A DNA stretch of 64,000 nt from Ministeria vibrans ATCC 50519 (lineage: Eukaryota > Protista > Filasterea), in the NCBI GenBank assembly GCA_943704425.1, contig CALSCP010001890.1, positions 78,468 to 142,467 on the forward strand, given 5' to 3'. Numbering within the stretch: the first letter of the stretch is position 1; every line of letters starts with the position of its first letter. The notes below the pieces were generated by a model. The model was not told the origin of the DNA and did not search any database. It worked only from the letters and a program-made list of their open reading frames with translations. A program made the translations under genes and the position numbers. Of the stretch, positions 1 through 15,300 are shown in pieces.

Positions 1-325
1 GCCGAGGACACTCTAAAGAGCGGTAGAGGGGTCAGAAGGAGAACGGAGGGAAAGAGTTATGGTGTGAATCAGTCGCGGTGCGTCTTGGTTGGGGGAGGTG
101 CCGTGGATGTGTGTGTACCTGTGTCCGGTGGGGCGGGGCATGTCAAAAATGTGATGATTGTGATTGGTGTTATATTCATTTTTGGCATTGTGTGTGTGAT
201 CAGTCTTCGATCAGTCATCGATGACTGTATTGATTGATTATTTAATGTGCGATCAAGTCTCTCGCTATGTGTCTCTCGGTGTTTAATGTATAATACAGAA
301 CAGTGAACATGGGATGCCGGCGTGC

Positions 326-901
326 CTACACGTTGTACTTGGCCTTCATCGCATCAATCTCCGCTCGCTTCTTTTCCACATCCATCTTCTCAAATTGTCT
401 ACAAGGCGGGAATTAGAACGGCGAGAGACACACTCCAAGCGGTACTTGTTCGCCTGGTAGTAGAGGACAACGAGGTAGCGGCCGAGCACGTTGAAGCCGT
501 TCAAATGTTCGCAGGCAGCCTTGGCCTCGTAGATGTCGTCGTACACGACAAACGCCGTGCCCTTGGTCTCCTTTGCCGATCCAATGCGAACCTAGAGGGG
601 TGGTGGCGGGGTGAGCGGCGTGAGGGGGTGCGTGGGGGGCCGCTGGGGGAGCAGCAGCGACGTTTGACGACAACGCAACGACGTTGACGAGAAAGACAGG
701 CGCCGCTGCGAGCATTCGCCATGCGCACATCCACCGTACCTGTCTAATGCACCCGTACTTGCCAAAGACGTCGTAGATTTCCGCCGGTGTAATGTTGTAA
801 CTGAGATTCTTCACGAGCAAGACACGGTTGACTTCGGGTGCGAGGCGCTTTCCTCTTTGTGCGTCGGCTGCAAGAGCACCCCCGGCACCTACTGCGGCCA
901 T
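326..901 (-). CDS. SF3B6: Splicing factor 3B subunit 6 (p14), RRM protein, 3 exons
   Basis: Spliced translation: [36 protein letters not shown]|[49 protein letters not shown]|[23 protein letters not shown]; GT-AG introns. Confidence 0.95.
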
Positions 902-1082
902 GCTGACAATATTATTAGTAATAAAAGAAGTGATAAGTGAAAAGACAGAAAAGTGATTACTGACTACAAATTGATCATTCTAATAAAATAATTATAGTAT
1001 CGAATGACTAATCTAGAACTAATCTATTCATCACTCAAGTTCGTTCTTGTTAACTTTATTGCGTGCAACTCGCTTCGACATC

Positions 1083-2888
<1,806 letters not shown>

Positions 2889-3639
2889 CTCAGCTCATAC
2901 ACATACAAACATACTCACACAGGAAACTGGTCAAACAAAGGTTGCGTTTGAAACACGTTTGGTTCGCAAGTCGGTCGCAGGCACAGTTTGTCTGAGGGCA
3001 CTTGTACCTTTGCAAAGCTCCTCGGACAGCGTGCTGTGGCGTCCTCGTCGGCCAGCGACGGCACAACCATGCTGTCGTCGCTGGATGGCGGACGTCGTTT
3101 GCCGTCAGCTGTAGTGAGGTTAGCACGCGCTGAATTTGCGTCGTATCGCTACTCTTGAAGAGAGCTTCAGGGTCGCTATTCTTCTGGGCCTTACTTTTCC
3201 TTGTGAGCTTCTATTCGGTGCCAATGATCTACACAGCGCGTGCCATCGCCGCAGTGCCGGCATTGTCTTACGCGAGACACTCATCTTGTAGTTTGCTCCT
3301 CTCCAGTACCTCTGCAACCACCGTGCTATAGTACCTTCTCGGTCGGCGTTAGTCAACCCATCTTCTCCCCCCTCGAGAGAATAGTGCGCAAGCCAGGGCG
3401 CTCGAGTGAGGGTGACAGTGACTTAGTCGCCAGCACACTCAACGACCAGTCGTTCTATTGTCTGCTGAGCGATGATTTTAGAGTAAGCGGCTGAGGCACT
3501 GAGGTAGGTAGGTGGGTCGCTTCTGCAGTTTGTTTTGTAATGATACAACAGCTGGTTCACTCCCACTCTCTTTCTTCTCTCCACCCACTCACTCCTCACC
3601 ATTTACCAACGCCCTTTTTGTTGAATATATATTGCCATC

Positions 3640-4362
3640 CTAGTAATAATGATGGTGATGATGGTGCGTGCCTCCCCAGCGAGACCTCCGTCGATGTCGC
3701 TCACGCTCCTCCATCTCCGACTCTGCCACTGCACCCGCCACCACCAGAGCCGCCGCGCCCACCATAAGAATGCCCGCGCCCACCACTTTGCAGCCGTCCA
3801 CCAGTGCTTTGGCCAGGGTGCTCTTGAGCGCCGGCTCTTCGCTGTCGGGTGCATTTGAGATGCGCCAGCCGAGACACGACGTGGGCAGGGGATGGTCGGG
3901 CGGTGCCAGAGACACATAAAACGAGCTTGAATTGCGCTTGTGGTCTTCGTACACAGACAAGGCCCAGCCGGCATAGCGCCCACGCGCCATCACCAGGCGC
4001 ACCGGGTCCGTTGCGCTTCCCAGCGGCTCAATAGCCCACAAGAAATTCTCAATGTTTTCGTCCGCCCTCCGCGGCACAACTGTCACCACTCCACGGCCCT
4101 GCGCGTCCAGCGCCGCCGACGCCCCCAGTAGAGCACCCGCCAGCTCAGCGTCTGCAACGCGCGATACGGTGTACAGGGGCTGTGCGGACGTGGTATCGCT
4201 GTACAGCGAAGTGAACCACATATTCCTCTTCTGCGGCTGTTTGTGCACCTTGACACGCTGCTCTCCAAGCGCTGTCGTGTCGCACCTCTTGGCATTGTGC
4301 GTTGTCAACAGCCAGCCTTCGCGAAAGCACGCCAGCCCAATGTGGATCGCGGGTAGTGCCAT
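3640..4362 (-). CDS. Hypothetical 240-aa protein with a C-terminal TM helix and His-rich tail
   Basis: Intronless ORF with ATG next to an AT-rich divergent promoter; hydrophobic VVGAGILMVGAAALVVAGAVA; ends HHHHHHYY. Confidence 0.6.
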   Translation of the reverse strand: MALPAIHIGLACFREGWLLTTHNAKRCDTTALGEQRVKVHKQPQKRNMWFTSLYSDTTSAQPLYTVSRVADAELAGALLGASAALDAQGRGVVTVVPRRADENIENFLWAIEPLGSATDPVRLVMARGRYAGWALSVYEDHKRNSSSFYVSLAPPDHPLPTSCLGWRISNAPDSEEPALKSTLAKALVDGCKVVGAGILMVGAAALVVAGAVAESEMEERERHRRRSRWGGTHHHHHHYY

Positions 4363-4508
4363 TTCAATTGGGTAAAAAGTAAAAACAGTGATTTGTATTT
4401 TTTTTCTCGATTTCGACGAGATTTAAAAGAATCAACTACAAAATGTGTAGTAATCAACTACAATTTTGTAATTGATTGCTTTCTTTGACTCGACTATTCA
4501 CAGTCGAC

Positions 4509-4779
4509 ATGGCTTCGGACGTGATTCTGTACGATCTGCATGTTTCCACGGAATGGATCCATGACACGTTCGTGTCGGCCAACGCTGATCAGGCGGCCGC
4601 TCAGGTTCCATCCCGCCTTCCCCACCCCGCTTCTAACCCGCTTCCCGCTCCCCTTCTCCTCTCTCTTTCTCTCTCTCCGCCCTGCAGACCTTTCTCGACG
4701 TCGTCAATTACGTCACTTCGACCGTACAAGGTAAACATCATTCTGTCGATGTCTCTCCTCTCTCTCTCTCTTTCTCTCG

Positions 4780-4824
<45 letters not shown>

Positions 4825-7800
4825 TCTCTCATCCTCCTACACACTCACGCACCCGTCTTCTACCCTCTCCTCCTCGCCCGCTTGCCCGTTCATGCGCGCA
4901 GGCTCCGTAACAAATGTCGTCAACGCGATCCGACCGCCAGCGCCCTTGCCCCGCAAACTACTCGCTCTCGAGGCGCTCCGGTCGCCCTGGCACATAGCGC
5001 TGGCGCCCCAAGGCGACCAGGTTGCCATTCTCTGCACCTCACACGTCGAGGTGCGCTCCGTCGACGCACCCGATGCACCGCCACGTCTCACCGTCTCCTT
5101 CGAGCCATCCGACCCCTTCCCTCAACACTGCCGCGTCGCCTGGTCGCTCGATGCCGCCTTCCTCGCCTGGACCACCACCTCGGGCGGCATTTTTGCCAGC
5201 CAGAACACCGCCGCCCGTGCGTCCCCCGATGCCGTCCTGCTTGACTCGGCCACGCCGCACGGGCCCATATCCGCACTCTGCTTTGTGTCGCCACGCCAAG
5301 AGTCGCACCTCGCCGAACTCGTTCATGTGGACTTTGCATGTACACTGCGCACCGCCGCTATCGTTCGCGGCGCAGGTCTCGTCAACAATGCACTGCCCTC
5401 CTTCGAGCTCTCACCCTGGTTCGACCTCATCACCGCGCTGCTCTACGACGCTGAACGACACATCCTGGTGGTAAGCGGTCAGCGCTCCGTCGGCACCCCA
5501 CTCGACGCCAAACCCTTTGTCGCCTTTCGTGTCGTGCGTCAAACACCCTTCTTGGTGGCACTCGCCGAGACAGACTCCCGTCCCGCTGCCTCCCCTTCGC
5601 TCCTGTCGCGCCTCTCTCGCTCCGTCCGTCGTCGCGTTGCCAGCGAACTCCCCGACACCATCATTTCAGCGTCTCTCTCGCCCGATGGTCGCGCCGTTGC
5701 TACGGTGTCCGAGTGGGGCGCTGTCACCGTCTGGAATGTGGCCTCGGGCGACGTCCGTCGTCTCTGGTCCGCCGACATCCTCCACGACACTGACGCGCCG
5801 CCGTCGCCCTCGTCGGTCGCGCTCAATCCAACGTCGTCGTCACATTCGCAACAGCAAAATCAACTGCACCAACTTGCGTCGCTTGTGCCTCCCGAACGTG
5901 TCGTCCAGGTAACCTGGTGGAACGCAACGAGTCTTGTCGTTACTCGACTGTCGGGCGCCACCACCGTCTGCTCCGTTGACGAGTCCGTCCCGCGCAACCT
6001 ACTTGGCGCCGATCCAGAGGTGCTCTCGCGCGGCGCTCGCACTGCTTCCACCGGCAGCGCCATCGAAGGCACCACAACTTTGTTTGCACTGGAGCACGAG
6101 CGGCGCTGGGCGCGCTTCAATGTCGTCACTCAGTCCATGGAGCCCGTCGAAGACAGTCTCAATGCGTCGCTTGGCGACCACGACGTTCACGAGTCAGCGT
6201 TGCGACGTGTCTGGAACCGCGCGCTGCAGTTTATGGCGCTGCACGACGCCGACGCAGAGGATGCACGTCCTCGTCGCATCAGCATTTTCCGCCTCATCTG
6301 TGTGCAGTCGGCGTCGCCCGACGAGATGTTTCGTCGTCGCGTCGATGCTGGCGAGTACGGTTTGGCACTGCAGCTCGCCAAAGTCTATCGCCTCGACAAG
6401 GATCTCGTCTACCACCACCAGTGGCGCAGCCAGACCGTCTCACAGTTTAGCATCGACGATTGCCTTGCCAAGGTCGCCGACGATCATTGGGTGATGGCCG
6501 AGTGTATCAACAACGTGCCCGACGAGGCCTCGGGCGTCCGCATGCTTCTGCTTTTCGGCCTCGAACGCTTCTACCTTCACCGCTGGACCGATCTCTGTCT
6601 TGACGCCGAATCCGATTTGCGCTCTCATAGCGACGATGGCGAGGACGACAAAGATGAGGAGGAGAAGAAGAAGAAGAAGAAACAGCTCGAGCGAGCACGC
6701 TCCATGCTACTGGACAGTACCATTGCACGTGTGACTGGTCTTGACATGGACGTGCGCGAGTTCACTTGCAACGCACGCGACTATCTTCATCGTCTCGCAA
6801 CCTACGAGGCCATCTGTGATGCGGTCAATGAACCCTTTGATGCAAAGGCCTTCTCGCGCTTTCGCATTGCCGATCTGTTGACATTGGCTCGCACGTATGC
6901 GCAAGAGGAACTATTTGATGCTCTGCACGTCCTCTTTACCTTCCACCCGCACGTTCTGCTGCCACATCGTCTCGAACTTCTCTCGCTCATTCCCGAGACG
7001 AGTCTCCTTGCCCTCTACGAGTCTCTCCTCCCCCGCTGCGACAACGCCGCGACAGTCCAGCCATGGCCATCGCGTCTTCACGCGCACTCCCTCTACCACG
7101 TTGGTCGGGCAGGCCGAGGCACGAGCAGCAGTCTCTTGCGCGAGGCACTCGAGGCCTACGAGGAACACGTTCAACAGGCGAAGCACGACGGCATCCTGCC
7201 GTCTCTGCTCACTGTCGAGCGCGTACAACAGTGGTACATTGAGCGAGCGCGGGCCATTGATGAGTTTTCCGGTCGGTCAGACCAGGCGCGACAACTCCTT
7301 GAGTTTGCCACGCGCAATCGTGTCTCCAATGTCGCCGACGAGCTCTTGCTGCTCACGCAACTCTGTGTGTGTGTCTACGATCGTGTCTGTCCTATTACGC
7401 TGACTCTGAGCGACTTTCGCCTCATGTCGGCGAGCGAACGGGCGGCCATGCTCTTGCACGATGCCACGCCCGAGACAATCGCTGCGGATGCGAGTCGTCT
7501 TGTCGTCGTCGATGGTGCCCCCGAGGGCTTCCAGCTATTTCTTGACTTTCTCGTTGGCGTCGCCCAGCACCACGACACCGATGCCGACGGCAAAGTTCGC
7601 CGCAGTGACACGCGCGCCGTCGAATTGCTACTTGCTTGCCTGCGCCAACGCCACAAAGTGTCCGTCTTTCCCGACGACCGTGCATGCATCCACGCCATTC
7701 TCGCCGTGGTGCATGCCTGCGAGTCGTCCGAGGCTCATGCGCTCATTGCTACACAGTTGCTCTCGCTGATGCCCAGTCGTGACCCGCACGTGCGTGCGCC

Positions 7801-10800
7801 GGATTACATCCAGCTTCACGAGCGACTGCGCACTCTCGTGCAACGCATTGACGCTGTTGCTACCTGCGCGCGCCACGCTGTCCCATGCTCCGTTGCACGT
7901 CTTGCTGCATTTGTCGAAGCTACCGGTGACGCCGAGGGTGTCCGCGCCTTGCTTGTGCGTCTCACACGGGCCGCCTCGCGTGCCCGTCCTGTCTACAACG
8001 CCAAAAAGTGGATGTCGCTCGCGGAGGATATGGAACGTGTGCGTCGCTGTACTTTCTGCAATGAAACCCCACTGGTCTCGTCGGGCGAGTGTCGCCGTGT
8101 GTTCCTCGAAGGTGCACTTGCATGTGAGCAGGACGCGGTGCTTGCGGCCTGTCGTCCTCTCGTGCAGGCCGAGGGCATGGCGGCCGTCGAGGTGTGTGTC
8201 AAGGCGGCACAGGAGTACCTCAATGCGGCCACGAGCGACGAGCATCTTTTGGCCCAGAGCATAGCCTATGCGTGCACCTGTCTTGCCCTTGCCGAGTCCA
8301 CTGTGCCCAAGGAGGACGTTGACAAGAGCCGCGACTATCAAGATGAGGATGACGATAGCGATGGCGAGACTGCTGTAACGATGATTGCGCGCGAGCGTCG
8401 GCTGCACAGTGCGATTGCGCTGTTGCGCTCTACTGGTGCCGCCATTGAGCCGCTGCGGGTCCGTCTTGCCCGTCATGTTGGCGTGTTGGTGGAGCAAGCG
8501 GTGGTGCTTGGTGGCGCGCGCTTTACTCTCAACCACGCACTGCAGTTGAGTGAACTACTTGCGGACATACGTCCAAGCGACTCTTCCCCGCCAATGCGAC
8601 AATCGTCTCTTCTTCGCCTTTCGCGCGGCCACGCTCTCGTGGCATTCGCCACTGCCTGTCAGCACCACCAAAGCGATCGTCGCGACGAGGCTCTCGAGGC
8701 ATGTCTCAAAATTATCCGTGAGACACACGCCGACGGCTGGGCCGTGTGCAGTGAGGTCGGGCGCAGCACGCGCGACTCGACAGTCACGCGTCAGCTCGTT
8801 GGTTTCGCCGTCGCGCACTGTCCTCCCGCCAAACTGGATGCGTCACTGCGTGCGTTTGCCTTGGCGACACAGTCGGGTCATGGCGACGACAGCGAGCGCA
8901 CCCACCACTTGGTGCAGCAGTGGCATCGACAGGCACGCGAAGACAATGTCGGTGCGCCTCTGCTTTGGTGTGAGCGCATGGTTGAGCCACCAGCGCCCAC
9001 CGAGACAGCGGAGCGGAAGGCGGTCGACGATGCTCGCATTGCTCTGAACACAACCCTTTTTCGTGCGTGGGTGCAGTCTACAGACGACACCGTGCCCATT
9101 GCGCCGGTGCTCCTTGAGCTTGCTGCCGACACTGTCAACAGTGACACGGCACTGTCGCTTGCCTATCTCTTTTCGTTGCCCGACGGTGACCTTGCTGAGG
9201 CGCACTTCAAGCGTCTGCCCGACTGCGAGGCGACCTACCGCCTTGCGGGCTACTACCACGCTGTGTGTGCGAGCAACAGACAAGACGTGCGTCGCTCGGG
9301 CGATATCTATCGATGCACTCCAGTGCGTCAGGTCATTGAGAACTCACTCACATGTGCACCATCGCAGTCGCGCGAGCACGCCATGCGCTACCACGCTTTG
9401 CTGAACGACACGGAGAAGGCGGGCCAGCTGCGCTCATTGAGCACCTCGCTTGACGCGCGTCTTTTCACGCACGATCCTTCCTACCGTCGCCAGGCAGTCG
9501 CGTCACTCGCGCGCACACTCGATGCCGACCGCCTTGCCACCTTGATTTCCCTAGTGCATGCCACGCAGGCGGAAAGCCAGACGCAATCCGGCCGAGATGA
9601 TCTTGCTCCCTTTGACATCTACTGCGACCAACTCGTTCACATTTTTGGCGACACACAGTTTACCAGTGCCCACAATGACGCTCTGACACGCAGCCGAGAG
9701 CATCTACTGGCGCGCTCCAAAGACCTCATTGCGCATCTTGTCGGTGGCATCTTTCCATGCCTATGTGCAACCGACCTGTCCGCCACGCGTGCCTTCTTCC
9801 GTCTGCTTGTCGACGCCAAGACGCGCGTGCAGGTGACACACGGCAGTGGCGACGGAGACATCGGCGTGGGTGGTGAGCTGACGCTGCACGCAGAGGCACA
9901 TCTTAAAGCACTCAAGGCCTTTGGCAATGCACTGCCCGTTGACTACCGTGCGCTCGTGGCAGACCCGTCGGCCGTCGAGACGCTTTTGCCGACCATTGTA
10001 CGAGTGGCCACGGACGACTCTATCCGTGGTCTGGCCAAGGCAGTGTCGCTTGTGCCGCGCCCGAGTGGCAGTGCCCTCTCGGCTAGTCAGGTCATTGCCC
10101 AGTTTGTCCTGGTACACCTTGTTCAAGCTGATGGACTGCGCTGGTGGCGCGAGCTGGGGAGCACATTGGCCTCGCACCTGTCGGTCGCGGGCGCTGAACA
10201 AGTGGCTCGCACTGCTCTTCAGTCGGACGGTGGTGTGGCCGCATGCGAGACGGTTGTCCGCGACCTTGAGAGTGCCATCAAGCCATTCAGCAAGCGTGGC
10301 TGGACATCGTTTTGCCGCGCGTGTACCGGTGAGTTGGGTACAGCGGTGCCCGCGTTGCTCCACACTGACAACCAAGTGGATGCTTTGGAGTCTCTGGCAC
10401 AACAGTTGGCTGCACTGGGCGAGCCAGTAGGGCGCGTGCGCGCCATTGTTGTGCTCATGCGTAGTGATCAACCGGCTGCCGCTCTCGAGTCGGTCTACCT
10501 GTTTGCAATACGCTCGCTTTTGCAAAAAGGGCGCCCTCGGGACGCGGCGTCGGTCTTGGCTCAGCTGTCGGGCGAACAAGCCATGCGCAAGAAGGTAGTC
10601 GCGATGCTCGAGCAGACAGCCAACGATGATGACGACAGTTCCGCCCAGAGGCAGAGCAAGGCGGCCGCCATCCACGTGCTTGCGCTCGGCGGCGACGACG
10701 ATGCGCGTGCCAAACTCGTGCAAGTACAAACAGCCGATGTGGTGAGTCGACTCCAGTGCGCCGAGACGCTCTCTTTTGACGTGAGTGAGCTCGCGACAGG

Positions 10801-11527
10801 GACAGGCCAGGCGGCCCTCTTTGATCGTCTCTGGTCGTCCGCAGGCACACCCGAGAACAGCGTACTCTTTGGCGAACTTGTGGCCGTATGGTTGGCACAC
10901 GGCCAAGGCAGCAGTCCATCTGTTGACGCCGATGGAGGACACGCTGTCGGCGATCGGTTTGCGCGTGTGCTTGTGTCGGTTGTTGCGAGCGAACGCCTTC
11001 GCCTGCGCTCACAGGTGCCGGCCAATACACTCAGTGAGGAGCAAGACGAGCTGGTGCGCGACGCCATGGAATCGCCGCTATATGAGGTTCGGTACGCACT
11101 GCTTAGTGCTCACCAAGCGGTGTGGCGCACGGCCGCAGCTTCGTATGCTTTGAGTAGCAAGAGGAGTAGTGGTGAGACGGAGGCAGAGGAGCAACAGCTC
11201 GCTTGCACCATTCTCGAACGAGGCTTGCTCGGAGTGTTTGCCCACGGACCGCATATGCGCCATGTGGTGGCCCATTTGGCGCGTGGCCCTTCCTCACGAG
11301 TCCCTCCCGAGCTAATCTGTGAACTGGTCGAGGCCGGTGCATCGCAGGCAGCCGCGGCAGTGCTGATGCAGCGCGAGCGTGTTCATCATCTTCTACACAC
11401 CCGTCACAATGGTACCAGTGTGCTGGCACTCTTCCTACGTCGCACAGAACAACACGCTTCTACAAGTGTAGAACTGCGCGCGCAATGCCAGCGTGCGCGC
11501 GCCTCTTTGCAGTCGTATCAACAATGA
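4509..11527 (+). CDS. NBAS: NBAS/Sec39 (NRZ tethering complex subunit); exons ~4509-4603, 4688-4730, 4902-11527
   Basis: N-terminal beta-propeller (DPFPQHCRVAWSLDAAFLA), NLLGADPE, EYGLALQLAKVYRLDKDLVYHHQW, Sec39 motif WYIERARAIDEFSG, FTHDPSYRRQ. Confidence 0.9.
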
Positions 11528-11609
11528 AAAGAACACATTCACTTTTAAAACACAAATAATATAGATATAGTGCATTATTATAAAGCGAACACTCCGCTGT
11601 ATGCTGCTG

Positions 11610-12208
11610 TTAAATCATCGAGGCATCCTCGACGACGCAAGCAAGCTGGTCACGCAGTTCCGCCTCAACCTGGACAAAGCGCGGGCGATGGTTGGGGTCG
11701 CGAGCAAGACAGCGGTGCAGCAAAGTCGTACTACACAACAGTTCGTCGGTTAGTCAGATAAGGGTCAGTTCTAGTGCGGCCGCACGCACACACACACTTA
11801 CAATTCGGGCTCAGTGCCGGGGAGTGCTGGCAGACCGCCCTGTGCAAAAACTTGCTCGTGGAATGGGTTTGAAAAAGGCACTTTGACACCACCCGAGAAG
11901 ATTTCCCACAGCAAAAACGCGAACGAGAACACATCGCTCTTCTACAAAAAAGAAAAACAAAATGGAAGACAACCCGGTTCAGTACGGAGAGAAAAACAAC
12001 GTGAGAAAGAAAAAGAAGCGTGCGTGAGAGTTAGAGAATCAATATACCTCCGACGAAAGGAAGAGACGGGTCATCTCGGGGGCAGCGCTGGGCGGCAGAC
12101 AACCCGCGACCGTCTGCTGGTAGGTAGGCTCAATCTGCAGCGCAGTGCCGCTCTTGATTCGGCGCGCCAGTCCAAAGTCCGCCAGTTTGCTACAGATAGA
12201 TAGAGATG

Positions 12209-12301
<93 letters not shown>

Positions 12302-15300
12302 CGAAAGTGATAGAAACAAAGTGATAGAAACAAAGTGATAGAAACAAAGTGATAGAAACAAAGTGATAGAAACAAAGTGATAGAAACAAAGTGATAGAAA
12401 CAAAGTGATAGAGAGAGAGTGAAAAAATGAGAAGCGGTGTCAATCGAGAATCCCTTTGCTTCAAAATCATCACAACAAGATGACTTACACAACTTTGCTT
12501 TGACCATCAGATGAAGCAAAAATGAGGCAGTTACGGGCGGCAAGATCGCGATGGACGAATCCTTTGGCGACGAGACAGGAGCAGGCACTAGCCACCTGCA
12601 GTGCAATGTTGTACTTGTCCGTGAGTTGCAGCTGAGGCCCGACAAAGCGCAGGAACTGCAGTAGGTCGCACTCGGCGCGCTCAAGCACAAGACGCCAGTC
12701 GCGCGGGTCCGTGCCTGCCGTCATCTTGCCGAGCATGGAGACCACATGTGGGTGCTGCACCTGCTCCAGCAGCTCGACCTCCTTGCGGAAGGATCGTCGC
12801 TCCTGATCACCCGTGCCCCGCAGCATCTTGATCGCCACCGGCATTTGCTGGCCGTCGGCCAGCAGCAGGTGACCCTCACACACATTGCCAAAGTTGCCCG
12901 AGCCAATGGCGTCTCCACAGAAAATACTTGAGCTGGGAATCTCACCCGACGACACATAGCCACTCTGTGAGTTGGGCGCCGCAATAGGCAAATAAAACTC
13001 GCTGGTGGTGCCGTAGATTCCATCGGCGTAGGGAGACGTGTCGGCACGCTCAGCATTGCCACTAAGCGCCGTGAGTGGCTCATACGAATCCACGTCGCAA
13101 ATGCTGTCGTAGACATCGTTTGGCGTCTCATAGTGCCCCTCCTCCTGCACAAGAGCCCCTGCCGCCTCGGCCATCCCTGCCGCATCCTCGCGTGTCTCTG
13201 CCGCGTCGTAGACTTGCGTCTCCTCGTCCGCCTGGTCGTACACTTGCGTCTCCTCGCCGTCCCTGCGTGCCTCTACCTCGTCGTACAGAAGTCCGTCCAT
13301 GTCGGCCATGACGGCCTCAGCAGTCGTATACAACTCATCGTCGTTGGAGTTGTCGTTGTCACCGGTGATCAGGTCGCCTGCGTCATCCAGCGCAGCAGCA
13401 GCCAGCACCGCTTCCGCCGTGGCGTCCAGCTCAATATGTTCGTTGACACGACCGCCCTCGCGTTCCTCGAGAGGCAGGGGCAAGCTGAACGACGCACCCA
13501 TAGCCATTGAGGGACGCGTTGAGGTGGGCAGTGCGGCTGCGACGGGCGCCGACTCGACCACGGGCGAGTACATGTCGCCTTCAATGTCGTTGTCACGATA
13601 GTTGTCGAGCTCCGAGTAGACGTGACCGGGCGTGGCGACAAACGAGAGGCCGCGAGGATTCTGCAACGTACCACTGGCGTAGTCAGAGGGAGGCAGTGCG
13701 GGCGCAGATACGAATGCATCGGACTGCACCGGAGATAAAGACGTATCTGCGCCGGGTGCAGCAGAGGCACGCATGCGCGGTGGTTTCTTGGGCGCAGACA
13801 GAACAGCAGCGGCACGCATTGCCTCCGAGCTCTCGTACGTGGGATTGGCATTGGTCGAGGCAAACGAAGCAGTGAGATCCGAACCGGAACCGTTGCGTGC
13901 GCCATACGTCGAGTTGGTGTTGGTCTTAACGACGTTTCCGCCGCCCGAGCCATACGTTGAGTTGTCACAAATGGTATGTTGGCCAGCAGAGGCGTACAGG
14001 CCACTGTCGCGCTCGGCCGACACACCCGCAGAGCCATAGAGAGCGTTCTCTTTCACCGACGTGAACCCACTGGCGTACGTGTCGTTCTCGCGATCCTGCA
14101 CCATCCCCTGCGCTGAGCAGTACTGCGTGTCGCTCATCTCAAAATCACCTGTGTACGTCGATGGGCTCTGCATGCCATCCACCGACGGATTGCGCACGTA
14201 CTTGTCGCGCTGTCGACGACGGCGGCGCACCACCAACAGCAATAGCAACAATAACAGCACGAGCACAACCACCACAATGCCAATGATAAGGCCCATCGAA
14301 GAGGATCCAGAACCATTCCGCGCCGCTGAATTGGCATCATTCGGGGGCGCTACGACCAAAACCGTGCTGAAATGCGCGACTTGACCGACAGCCGTTCCGA
14401 GTTCTGCGCAGAGAGAATATGTTAATAAGGTTAGAGAAAAAAAAAAGGCATAATGATGAATGAAACAGCGCACCAAGATCAACAAGTACATCGGTGGCGT
14501 ACTCCCAGGCGGGGGCAGAAGCAGTGATGTCCGTCGTAAAGATCATGGCAAATCCGTCAGGATTGGCACTGAAAGGATCGTATGCAGACTGATTGAGATT
14601 GAGACGGACCTCGACAGGCGTATTGAAGGTGTGAGGAGAGGGAGAGAGGTCAAAGGTGAGTGACATGGGAAGCACGTCAGGAGGGAGAACACTCCCTGAC
14701 GGTGTACACGACTCCTTGGCGCTCACTGTAATGGACGAAGAGACTGCGTTGGTGGGAACCACAATGGAGATTGAGAATGTGGTGGGAGATTGAGCGCCGC
14801 TGGGGGTGGCCGCAAACGAAAACAGAGGAGGGTTGGTGCTGCACGATGGAACAAGTGAAGCTATCGCAGTCGTCTCTTGTGCGAGTACGTGTGTTGTCTG
14901 CGGGATAACTACAACGGTCGTCTCAGAAACAACGGTTGTCTCAGGAACAAAGAGAACGGTCGTTTCCGGGAGAGGAGCGGCTGTCGTCTCCATTGCACCC
15001 GCAGCAGCAGCTGTGGTCTCCGCTACTACTATTGTCGATGTAGTTTGCGCCACAGCTCCGCCCACACTGGTCATCACAGCCGCACTGGGACTGAACACAA
15101 CGACAAAAGTTCCCATCTCCATTACTGAACCGGAAAGAACTCCAGCGACAAGGGTCAGGTCAGTCGCCATTTGCCAGACGGGTGCAACGGGATCGCTCGT
15201 GTACAGGAGCGCAAAATCAGCGGCGCTGGCGCTGGAAGGGTTGAACACGCCCGACGTAGCATTGAGTGTGATAGAGACGGTTACCGCCTCAAGCCAGGTG

